DNA from: Candidatus Pacearchaeota archaeon
GTDB lineage: Archaea; Nanobdellota; Nanobdellia; Pacearchaeales; GW2011-AR1
Assembly: GCA_018304175.1 (NCBI GenBank)
Contig: JAGVWT010000002.1
Span: forward strand, 564-64,563
DNA: 64,000 nucleotides
Direction of reading: 5' to 3'
The notes under the pieces were generated by a model. The model had not been told where the DNA came from, did no database searches, and was given only the letters and a program-made list of their open reading frames with translations. Of this stretch, positions 10,526 through 19,054 are shown one piece after another (the first letter of the stretch is position 1; every line of letters starts with the position of its first letter). Made by a program: the position numbers and the translations under genes.

Positions 10526-11398
10526 CTACATTTTTTCCAGAGCCTTTATTCTTTTTTCAATAGAAGGATGCGTTGATGTCAAGTTCTTAAGTGGATTTGA
10601 AAAAAACAAAGGAGCGACTGCTTTGCTTACTTTTTTTTCAGGGAAAACGTTTTCGCGCTCTATTTTTTTTAATGCTCCAATTAATCCTCTAGGATAACGA
10701 GTAAATTTAACTGCAGAAGCGTCTGCATTATATTCTCTGCGACGGGAAATTGCTAACTGAATTAAATTAACAACAATTGGGGCAAGAATCGCGAGAAGAA
10801 CTCCCACAATAATAAGGAAAACATTTTTGTTATCTCCATTACCATTAAACCATAAACTGTGCAGGAACATCTCAGAAATTATTGCAATCATTCCGACCAT
10901 TATTGTTGCTACAGTCATGTATTTAATATCATAGTTCGCGACATGTCCAAGTTCGTGGGCTAAAACACCGCGAAGTTCTTCTTTGTCAAGTTTTTCTAAT
11001 GCACCTGTTGTTACGCAGATAACTGCGTTTTCAGGGTTTCTTCCTGAGGCGAAAGCATTTATCTGCCTTGATTCCATGACATAAAGTTTTGGTTTTGGAA
11101 TTCCTGATGCAATACTTAGAGATTCTACTAAGTCATGATACAATTTGTATTTTTCATGCGAAGCAGGTTTTGCTCCGACACTTGCGACAGCGATTCTTCC
11201 TGAGTTGTAATAAGTTAACCAGATATAAGTAAGCGAGAAAATTATTGATATAATCATTATCAGGAAAAAATATCCTGGTGCGAATGCGAACGAAATTAAA
11301 TAACCCAATGCAATAAAAATTATGAAAATTGAAAAAATCAGGAAAAATGACTTCCAATTGTTCCTTGAAATTTGGTCATTGAAATCTACTTTTTGCAT
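10526..11398 (-). CDS. htpX: HtpX-like M48 zinc metalloprotease
   Basis: HELGHV zinc motif, downstream EYNADA, four TM segments. Typical HtpX length. Confidence 0.9.
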   Translation of the reverse strand: MQKVDFNDQISRNNWKSFFLIFSIFIIFIALGYLISFAFAPGYFFLIMIISIIFSLTYIWLTYYNSGRIAVASVGAKPASHEKYKLYHDLVESLSIASGIPKPKLYVMESRQINAFASGRNPENAVICVTTGALEKLDKEELRGVLAHELGHVANYDIKYMTVATIMVGMIAIISEMFLHSLWFNGNGDNKNVFLIIVGVLLAILAPIVVNLIQLAISRRREYNADASAVKFTRYPRGLIGALKKIERENVFPEKKVSKAVAPLFFSNPLKNLTSTHPSIEKRIKALEKM

Positions 11399-11472
11399 AA
11401 AGAGAATTGTAAGGTTTAGTATAAAAAAGTTTGTGAATTATAAATTTAGGAAGTTTTATAAATAAGTATTTT

Positions 11473-12300
11473 ATGCTTAGTCTTATGACATTAATTATGA
11501 AAATGAGTTTAAGACAAGAAAATGTACATAGGGTATGTGGTCCTTTACTGGGGCTCTCACCATTAGAATTAGAAGTTTTACTAGACCAAAGTTTTGAGGA
11601 AGTTAGAAGTTTTTATGAAGAGAACCACGGATTAAATAAAAATCTAGAAAAAAGACAAAATTACTTTTTTGCAAAAAGCTTCTTAGATGGATGTAAATCA
11701 GTAACGGGAAAAATTTCCAGAGAAAAACATTTAGAAACTCCCCAGATTTTTGTAGAAATGGGAGAAAAAGGATATTCTACAAAATACAATCCTCAAATTA
11801 ATCAGAGAATTGCAGAAAAATTGGCACAGTTCAAAAGAACTAATGGAAATAAAGTGCCAGCTGATAAAATATTTTCAAAGCAATTCACACAGAATAGAAA
11901 TTGGATTATTGAACAACAGCTTGCAATTGTAAAATATTTATGTGATTTACAAGAAATATATCTACAAACTGGGAATCTATTAGATTTAAAACCGGTAAAT
12001 CAACAAAATATTGTGGAACATATAAATTACTCTGCGTCCAGCGTGTGCAGATTAATTAAAAATTTATCTACTAAAATTCCAAGTGGAAGAGTTATTTTTG
12101 CATATGAATTAATTCCTGGAGCAAAGGAGACAAATCAGAAAGGAACTTATGCATTAATGCGACTTAAAGAAGACCAAACCCTATATGAAAATGGAAGATG
12201 GAAAGTTTCAGATAGAGAATTAGTACCAATTTTGGAAAATAGATTTGGTATTCAGGTAGCAAGAAGAACTATTTCTAAATATAAGAGAATGACAAAATAG
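11473..12300 (+). CDS. sigma-54 (RpoN)-like protein lacking an obvious core-binding domain
   Basis: C-terminus ...VSDRELVPILENRFGIQVARRTISKYKRM matches the RpoN box (ARRTVAKYR). Upstream LKPVNQQNIVEHINYSASSVCRLIKN...GRVIFAYELI parallels the sigma-54 DNA-binding domain. The N-terminus MKMSLRQ...LGLSPLELEVLL resembles region I. The true start may be an internal ATG (about 11487-11500). Confidence 0.6.
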   Translation: MLSLMTLIMKMSLRQENVHRVCGPLLGLSPLELEVLLDQSFEEVRSFYEENHGLNKNLEKRQNYFFAKSFLDGCKSVTGKISREKHLETPQIFVEMGEKGYSTKYNPQINQRIAEKLAQFKRTNGNKVPADKIFSKQFTQNRNWIIEQQLAIVKYLCDLQEIYLQTGNLLDLKPVNQQNIVEHINYSASSVCRLIKNLSTKIPSGRVIFAYELIPGAKETNQKGTYALMRLKEDQTLYENGRWKVSDRELVPILENRFGIQVARRTISKYKRMTK

Positions 12301-12316
12301 TTAAAAATTTATTTCA

Positions 12317-12874
12317 CTAATCTTTGAAATCAACCTTCACATTTTTTCTCTCGGATTCTGCGATTTTCAGATGTTCTTTTGGCTTTCTTCCATAAAGATT
12401 CGCAAAAAAACTTCCTGGGAAACTTTGACACATATTATTATAGCTTAAGATTGAGTCATTGTAAAATTGTCTTGCGTAAGCAATTCTGTCTTCTGTTGTT
12501 GAAAGCTCCCTTTGCAATTCCAGGAAGTTTGTGTTTGCTTTCAAATCAGGATATGCCTCTGCAATTGCGAATAGTTTTCCAAGCGCTTTCTCAAGAAGGC
12601 TGTCTGCTGCGAGTTTATCTGTTGTGTTTTTTGCGCTGACCAGAGATTTTCTGGCGTCTGAGACAGATTTTATTACTGTTTTTTCGTGCTTTGCATAGCC
12701 TTTCACAGATTCAATAAGATTTGGAATTAAATCGGTACGTCGCTTTAATTGAACATCAATCTGGCTCAGCGAATTGTCAATTCTGTTCGACAAAACTACA
12801 AACCTGTTGTAATAATAAATGAAAATTAAAACTACAAAAATTGCTAAAGCCAGTAATATCCATAACCAATTCAT
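12317..12874 (-). CDS. lemA: LemA family protein
   Basis: N-terminal TM followed by the LemA-type stretch YNRFVVLSNRIDNSLSQIDVQLKRRTDLIPNLIESVKGYAKHEK. Confidence 0.85.
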   Translation of the reverse strand: MNWLWILLALAIFVVLIFIYYYNRFVVLSNRIDNSLSQIDVQLKRRTDLIPNLIESVKGYAKHEKTVIKSVSDARKSLVSAKNTTDKLAADSLLEKALGKLFAIAEAYPDLKANTNFLELQRELSTTEDRIAYARQFYNDSILSYNNMCQSFPGSFFANLYGRKPKEHLKIAESERKNVKVDFKD

Positions 12875-12922
12875 GTCCCTTAAATGAAAATTTAATTTAT
12901 AAAACTATTGAAATAATCTCAC

Positions 12923-13291
12923 TTATCTCCCTTGAGATATATATGATTCTACAATATTATAATCCTTTATCTTACTTCCATCGAACATTTTTCTTTCTGA
13001 AATTTTAACTTCTCTTGGAGCAATAAAGTTAAGCATAATTCTTTCAAGATCATTTGAATTGTATTTTGGACCTGGTAGTTCTACTTTACACAACGGAGTG
13101 ATATCATAAGACTCCCATTCACCTAAAGTAATTATATCACTTAGTCTATTTTCTCTTAATTCTAAATCTACTTTGATTAGAATATCAAGTTCATTTTCTA
13201 TATGGCGAACTATAATATTAACTTTCCGATTATTTTTAGTATCAAAAATAGTTATTCCTTGGTTTAACTTATAATTTAGCCTTAAAACCAT
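12923..13291 (-). CDS. hypothetical protein
   Basis: 122-aa ORF, no motif. Confidence 0.4.
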   Translation of the reverse strand: MVLRLNYKLNQGITIFDTKNNRKVNIIVRHIENELDILIKVDLELRENRLSDIITLGEWESYDITPLCKVELPGPKYNSNDLERIMLNFIAPREVKISERKMFDGSKIKDYNIVESYISQGR

Positions 13292-13381
13292 TCTTTTTTA
13301 GGGTGGCTTTCTTTAAAAGAATTGCTGTATTTTATCCTATAATTGCAAAAAGTTTATTAATGTTAAATTCAGGCTAGTTAA

Positions 13382-13771
13382 ATGGACTTGAAAAAATATT
13401 CTTCAATTTCATTAAGACTTGGTTTGTCTATAGTTTTATTCTCATTTTCATATATGCAGTTTACAAATTCTGGCTCATGGGTTGGTTTGGTTCCGGGATA
13501 TATGTCGTTCATTTCAGCAGTGTATGTTGTTTATTTTAATGCATCTATGGAACTTATTCTTGGTTTGTTGATTTTTTTTGGATTGTATACAAGGGTTGCA
13601 GCAGGGATTTTGGCGCTGCAATTAATTCCGATAATATTTAATTTAGGAATAAATTCTCCGTCGGGAATAAGAGATATTGGAATATTTTTTGCAGCCCTGG
13701 CTTTGGTATTAAGCGGAAGTGATTACTTGACTTTGAGTTCTTTGTTAAAAAAAGATAAAATTTATAAATGA
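13382..13771 (+). CDS. DoxX-like small membrane protein
   Basis: 129 aa with 4 TM segments. MELILGLLIFFGLYTRVAAGILAL resembles the DoxX core. Confidence 0.55.
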   Translation: MDLKKYSSISLRLGLSIVLFSFSYMQFTNSGSWVGLVPGYMSFISAVYVVYFNASMELILGLLIFFGLYTRVAAGILALQLIPIIFNLGINSPSGIRDIGIFFAALALVLSGSDYLTLSSLLKKDKIYK

Positions 13772-13777
13772 AATTTA

Positions 13778-14218
13778 TTGCAAATTAAAATGATAAATTC
13801 AAAAGACAAAAAAGGCCAGGGATTACTTATCATAATCGTGATAGCTGTAGTATTAATCGGTGGATATTTCTTATTTCAAGTGGATATTTGGAATAATGGT
13901 GAAGATGAAAACACCAAAGTGAATCAGGAAACTGGGCAGGTTGTAAGTGAGGAAAGTCATAGTGAAGATAAACTTGAAGAGGTGATTTTCACAATGTCTG
14001 AAGTTCAAATGCACAACTCAAAGGAATCGTGTTACACTGTAATTGACAGAAAGGTTTATGATTTAACAGCTTGGATTCCGCAGCATCCTGGCGGAGAAGC
14101 AAATATACTCAAACTTTGCGGGATAGACGGGACAGGATTGTTTAGGGGGCAACATGATAATAACCCAAAGCAAGAGAATATTCTAAAGGGATTTTATATT
14201 GGGGATTTGAAGAATTAA
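13778..14218 (+). CDS. membrane-anchored cytochrome b5-like heme-binding domain protein
   Basis: N-terminal TM, then a cyt-b5 core with an HPGG motif (YDLTAWIPQHPGGEANILKLCG). Confidence 0.75.
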   Translation: MQIKMINSKDKKGQGLLIIIVIAVVLIGGYFLFQVDIWNNGEDENTKVNQETGQVVSEESHSEDKLEEVIFTMSEVQMHNSKESCYTVIDRKVYDLTAWIPQHPGGEANILKLCGIDGTGLFRGQHDNNPKQENILKGFYIGDLKN

Positions 14219-14226
14219 TGGTACTA

Positions 14227-14369
14227 CGCTCGGCTTTGCCTCGCTTAAAAATCCTCTCGCTCGTAAACTCGCTCGAATTTGATATAATTGTTAATGTAAA
14301 AATTCTGAATTAATCATAAATTATTTTTCGGAGTTAAATATCTTAATAAATATCGAGTCGTTAGACGAG
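14227..14369. repeat. intergenic palindromic repeat family R, copy B (most complete)
   Basis: Left arm cgctcggctttgcctcgct + taaaaatcctctcgctcgtaaactcgctcgaatttgatataattgttaatg, then an AT-rich spacer. The right arm atatcgagtcgttagacgag is the inverted counterpart. Confidence 0.6.
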
Positions 14370-14463
14370 TCAATTTTATTTAATGTTTGACAAACTGTAA
14401 AAATTAGAATCTGAACATAGAACACAGCAAAACTTTTATTAACTTCTTAAATTTTTAATTTAC

Positions 14464-16743
14464 ATGGGAAAAGAAGGTGATAAAACGAATTATTCTTCAG
14501 AGTTTATCAAGTGGTTTTCAGAACTAAACAAAAATTCTGGGAATGTTGCAGGAGGCAAAGGTGCTAATCTTGGTGAGATATACAATTTGAAAATTCCAGT
14601 TCCTCCTGGTTTTGTTGTGACAGCACAGGCATATGATTATTTTATTGAGAAATCAGGCATTAGAGAAAAAATGTCAGCGTTACTTGAAGATATAGACTAC
14701 GAAAAAACAGAAAAACTTGACGAGACGACAAAAAAAATCCGGGAACTTATTTCAAACTCGAAAATGCCGAAGGATTTGGAAGATGAAATTATTGAATCTT
14801 ATGAAACTCTTTCAACTGAAAGAGCTGAAGGAGAAGCAGACGAAATAATTGGTCAAACTTCTGAACAGGCTTACGTAGCTGTAAGGAGTTCAGCAACTGC
14901 AGAAGACTTGCCTGATGCCTCATTTGCCGGACAGCAGGAGACTTTTTTAAATGTTAGGGGAAAGGAAGAGCTTATTGAAAAAATAAAAAAATGCTTTGCA
15001 TCTCTTTTCACATCAAGGGCAACTTATTACAGAAAGAAAAAAGGATTCAAAGACATAAATATCAAACTTGCAGTGATTGTGCAGAAAATGATTAATGCAA
15101 CAAAATCAGGGGTTGTATTTTCCAAAGAGCCGACGGGAAAAAACCAAAATATAATAATAGAATCTGTTTATGGTTTAGGGGAAGGAATTGTTTCTGGGAT
15201 GATTACTCCTGATATGTATGTACTGTCTGGCAACGAAGATGAATTAAAAATAATAGAAAAGAAAGTTTCTGACAAGAAAATTGCAGTGGCGTGGAATGCT
15301 GATAAAAAAATTGAAGTAAAACTCCCAGAGGATAAATCAAAATCGCAAGTCTTGAATAATTATGAGATTGAAAAACTTGCAAAAACAGCTTTGAAATTGG
15401 AGGAACATTACAAAAAACCGCAAGATATTGAGTTTGCAATTGACTCAGATGGAATTTATATAGTTCAGACAAGAGCTATAACCACAATATCAAAGACACA
15501 AAAAGTAAGAGAGATTTACGGTGAAGTCATTTTGGAAGGAATTCCTGCATCGCCCGGGATTTCTTTCGGAAATATAAAAATTATAAAATCAATGCAGGAT
15601 TTAAACAAAATAAGTAAAGGAGATGTTCTGGTAACTAAGATGACAAATCCTGATATGGTTGTAGCGATGCAGAGAGCAGAGGCAATTATAACAGATGAAG
15701 GGGGTTTGACAAGTCACGCCGCGATTGTTTCAAGAGAGATGGGAATTCCTGCTGTTGTTGGAACAGACAAAGCAACGTCAATGTTGAAAGAAAGAGAAAC
15801 AGTAACTGTCGACGGTTTTACAGGGAAGATTTACAAAGGCAAAGTTTCAGAGGCAGTTCAAAAAGAAGTTCAGCAAGTTACATCAAAAACAAAAACGAAA
15901 ATAAAAGTTACAATTGACTTGCCGAGTTTTGCAGAGCGAGCTGCTAAAACAAATTTGAAAGAAGTTGGATTGCTGAGAATTGAAGGCATAATTGCTGAGT
16001 CGGGGAAACATCCAAACTATTTTGTTCAGGATAAAAAAATTAAAGACTATGAAGAAATAATTTTTAAAGGTGTCAAAAAAATCTCAGAATATTTTGACAA
16101 GTTATGGGTTAGGACATCTGATGTCCGCAGTGACGAGTTTTCTAATCTTCAAGGTTCTCCGAAGCAAACAGAGACAAATCCTATGTTAGGATTCCATGGA
16201 ATAAGATTTGGAATAAAAAATCCTGAAATTTTGAAGGCAGAGCTCAATGCTTTAAGGAGAGTTGCTAGGACAGGAAAAGAAATCGGCTTGCTTCTTCCAC
16301 AAGTAATTTCTGTTGATGAAGTCAAAAAAGTCAAGCATCTTGCCAAGGAAATAAATTTCTCAGACGCGGAAATAGGTGTGATGATAGAAACTCCTGCAAG
16401 CGTTCAAATAATCAGGGAATTATGTGAAATAGGAATTGATTTTGTTTCTTTCGGGACGAATGACCTTACTCAGTACACTCTTGCAATTGACAGAGGCAAT
16501 GAAAAAGTTCAGTATATTTACGATGAAATGAATCCTGCGGTTTTGCACCAATTGGAATATGTCATAAGAATTGCGAAGAAAAATAATGTTCAGACTAGCA
16601 TTTGTGGACAGGCAGGAAGCAAAAAAGAAATGGTGAAGTTTTTAGTTGAAAAAGGAATTGATAGCATATCTGTGAATCCTGACGCTGCGAAAGAAATTTC
16701 AGATTATGTCGCGGAGTTGGAAAAAAATAAAATGTCTAGCTAA
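14464..16743 (+). CDS. ppsA: phosphoenolpyruvate synthase (pyruvate, water dikinase)
   Basis: N-terminal ATP-grasp (GGKGANLGE), phosphohistidine swivel GGLTSHAAIVSREMGIPAVVG, C-terminal PEP-utilising barrel (FGTNDLTQY). Confidence 0.93.
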   Translation: MGKEGDKTNYSSEFIKWFSELNKNSGNVAGGKGANLGEIYNLKIPVPPGFVVTAQAYDYFIEKSGIREKMSALLEDIDYEKTEKLDETTKKIRELISNSKMPKDLEDEIIESYETLSTERAEGEADEIIGQTSEQAYVAVRSSATAEDLPDASFAGQQETFLNVRGKEELIEKIKKCFASLFTSRATYYRKKKGFKDINIKLAVIVQKMINATKSGVVFSKEPTGKNQNIIIESVYGLGEGIVSGMITPDMYVLSGNEDELKIIEKKVSDKKIAVAWNADKKIEVKLPEDKSKSQVLNNYEIEKLAKTALKLEEHYKKPQDIEFAIDSDGIYIVQTRAITTISKTQKVREIYGEVILEGIPASPGISFGNIKIIKSMQDLNKISKGDVLVTKMTNPDMVVAMQRAEAIITDEGGLTSHAAIVSREMGIPAVVGTDKATSMLKERETVTVDGFTGKIYKGKVSEAVQKEVQQVTSKTKTKIKVTIDLPSFAERAAKTNLKEVGLLRIEGIIAESGKHPNYFVQDKKIKDYEEIIFKGVKKISEYFDKLWVRTSDVRSDEFSNLQGSPKQTETNPMLGFHGIRFGIKNPEILKAELNALRRVARTGKEIGLLLPQVISVDEVKKVKHLAKEINFSDAEIGVMIETPASVQIIRELCEIGIDFVSFGTNDLTQYTLAIDRGNEKVQYIYDEMNPAVLHQLEYVIRIAKKNNVQTSICGQAGSKKEMVKFLVEKGIDSISVNPDAAKEISDYVAELEKNKMSS

Positions 16744-16744
16744 A

Positions 16745-16920
16745 CTTCATTTCGTTCGGATTGATTTATTCATCCAATCCTGCCTTCGGACAAGGATTTT
16801 CGTAAAATAGAACTTTAATGTGAATATATGGGGTGAATATATTTTGGTTTTATGAGTTAACCTTACATACATCGAGTAACTTCAGAGCGAGGGAATTTAT
16901 GAGTGAGCCGAAGGCGAGCG
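16745..16920. repeat. intergenic palindromic repeat family R, copy D
   Basis: The reverse complement of the right arm, cgctcgccttcggctcactcataaattccctcgctctgaagttactcgatg, aligns with copy B. The left arm cttcatttcgttcggattgatttatt aligns with copy A. Confidence 0.5.
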
Positions 16921-16958
16921 ATCTTCAAACAAATTTTATAAACTCCTTTCTCTTTTTT

Positions 16959-17660
16959 CTAAGTAAATAATTTCTGAAAAAGTTCTTTATTATCAAAAAG
17001 ATGGGTTTTTCCTTTGATTATAAAAATCCGATTATGGCTTTTAAGGTATTTTATTATTTGCTCTGCCATAAACTTATCTCTGAAAGTATTAATCTTCCTT
17101 GTTGCTTCATTAGTTATATTATAATTTAAAGAAGAATTGAAATAATTCCCATATATGTTGTCTAAGATAAAATCTTTGTCAAATGTTTCTAGAAAAATTC
17201 TTTTAAAATTTGAAGAAGTATAATCATAATTTTCCCATTGTGAGTTTTCTTCAAATTCTTTTAAAACAATTTTCATTTTTTCTTCAGAAGATAAAGGCAA
17301 GTCTTTCCTCAATAAAGAGTCTAAGTTTCTTAAAAAAAAATAGAGAAAAGCAAGATCTTTTCCATAAATATTTTCAATAAATTTTATACATTCTTTCTCT
17401 GAAGGGTCATTTGGCAACAATAAAATTTTCTTTTTTTTAGCAAAATAAGAAACAAAACCCATTTCCCAACCCCTTGAAATTGCATCGTCTTCACTCAGAA
17501 ATTCCGCATTTTCGTAACCTCCTTCAATTAATATAACATCGGGCCTCATTTTTTCTAATTTGCTTCTTATTAAATCAATTTGGAATAAATCAGTGCTGTG
17601 GGAAACTCCAATAAAAATTATTTCTTTGCCATTTTTCTCAAATCTTTCTACAAGAACCAT
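16959..17660 (-). CDS. TraB/PrgY/TIKI-superfamily protein (putative peptidase)
   Basis: IIFIGVSHSTD...RPDVILIEGGYEN...IIKGKTHLF parallels the TraB signatures GTAHVS / PDxVxVE / GxGH. I prefer the ATG at 17660 (2 nt after the upstream stop) over the listed TTG at 17681. Confidence 0.5.
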   Translation of the reverse strand: MVLVERFEKNGKEIIFIGVSHSTDLFQIDLIRSKLEKMRPDVILIEGGYENAEFLSEDDAISRGWEMGFVSYFAKKKKILLLPNDPSEKECIKFIENIYGKDLAFLYFFLRNLDSLLRKDLPLSSEEKMKIVLKEFEENSQWENYDYTSSNFKRIFLETFDKDFILDNIYGNYFNSSLNYNITNEATRKINTFRDKFMAEQIIKYLKSHNRIFIIKGKTHLFDNKELFQKLFT

Positions 17661-17662
17661 TT

Positions 17663-17869
17663 TTAACTCGATTTTGACCAATTATCCCAATTTCCCCATT
17701 TATCCCATTCAGTATTATTCCAATCTACATCCTCCCAATGAAGATATCCTTCATTTCCATCTGAAGAATAACTTCCTTCAGATTTTCTTTGGAAAGAATA
17801 AGTGCTTTCAGCTACCCTTTCAATTAATTCCTCTTTTTCAAGTATTTTATCAATGAGGGATCTTATCAT
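17663..17869 (-). CDS. Trp-rich small peptide, candidate RiPP precursor
   Basis: 68 aa. Helical N-terminal half, C-terminal HWEDVDWNNTEWDKWGNWDNWSKSS (six W-x-D/N/K triplets). The ATG lies 1 nt after the rSAM stop, and its own stop lies 2 nt before the next ATG. Confidence 0.55.
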   Translation of the reverse strand: MIRSLIDKILEKEELIERVAESTYSFQRKSEGSYSSDGNEGYLHWEDVDWNNTEWDKWGNWDNWSKSS

Positions 17870-17870
17870 T

Positions 17871-18976
17871 TTAAACCAATTCTAAAATGGCATCTGTAAG
17901 AGCCATTTTGGTATTCCTGCAATATTGAGTCTCACTAGTATTTATATTTTTGTGTTCAAAATATTTGTTACTTGCTTGTCCACCTCCACAAACGGAGTAA
18001 TAAGGGCACTCTTCTCGACATTGTCTAACTCCTTTAATAAAATCTTGTACATAGTAACTTTTGATTCCCCTCTCCAATATCAAACGTAATGGTTCTTCTA
18101 ATATATTTCCTACAGAAAAATTATAATTTTTATCTCCAGAAATATCTGCAAATTCAGGGGAAAGTAATATTACTTCTCCTGAAGAACTTATTGTTGGAAT
18201 AAGTTCCACTTCCAAAGGAAGCATTTCATTCTTTATAGTTTCTTTATTTTTACAAATAAAATCCATTCTTCTAAACAATCTATCAAATTCTCTTACTCTT
18301 ACTGAAGGACTATCTCTCCAAGCCACATATAATTGCCTCCAAAATTCTTTAACCTTTTCTGTTGATTTAACACCTCCCAAATTTACCCCCTCTTTTTCTT
18401 CTATATTGATACATAAACTTTTACATCCTGTGTCTTGAGCAAATTCGTAAATTTCAGTAGCACTATCAAGAGAATCTTCTGAAACAACAGCTATAATTGA
18501 AAAAGGAATATTATAATCAGACAAATATTCAATTCCTTTTAAAATTCTAAAATATGTCTGAAAGCCATGAAGATCTTTTCTTTTTGAATTTAATTCAGGA
18601 GGACCATCAACACTTACTCCAACCTTGAAGTTATAATTTTTGAATAGTTCACACCATGCCTCATTTATTAAGGTAGCATTAGTTTGGATATTATGTTGAA
18701 CTTTCGATTCTAACCCTTTCTTAGAAAAAGGAAGTATAATTTTATCAAAATGTTTAATTCCTGTAGCTAAGGGTTCTCCCCGTGCCAAATCACAGGTACC
18801 TTATTCAATATATGCTCACCTATATAATCAGCCAAATTTTCTGTAACTTGTCCAGGCATTTTTCTTTTTACATCTCTAAGCGGAAGATAACAATATTCAC
18901 AATCAAGGTTACAAAAAGTAGTGGGCTGCAAAACAAACATGCTCAACCTAAATCTAGGATCATTTAAGTTATCCAT
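17871..18976 (-). pseudogene. radical SAM / SPASM-domain peptide-maturase-like enzyme, interrupted by a 1-nt frameshift (possibly a sequencing error)
   Basis: N-terminal CNLDCEYC (CxxxCxxC). ...VIWHG then shifts frame within the G run (C4 at 18778..18781 on +), and adding one G restores WHGGEPLATG. The C-terminal CREECPYYSVCGGG...ETQYC is SPASM/anSME-like. Confidence 0.75.
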
Positions 18977-19054
18977 ACAAATGCCATCCTAAAATTCTTT
19001 ATAACATTTATGGTTTTAAAAAATATTTATAAAGTTCTTTTCATATTTCCTTAA

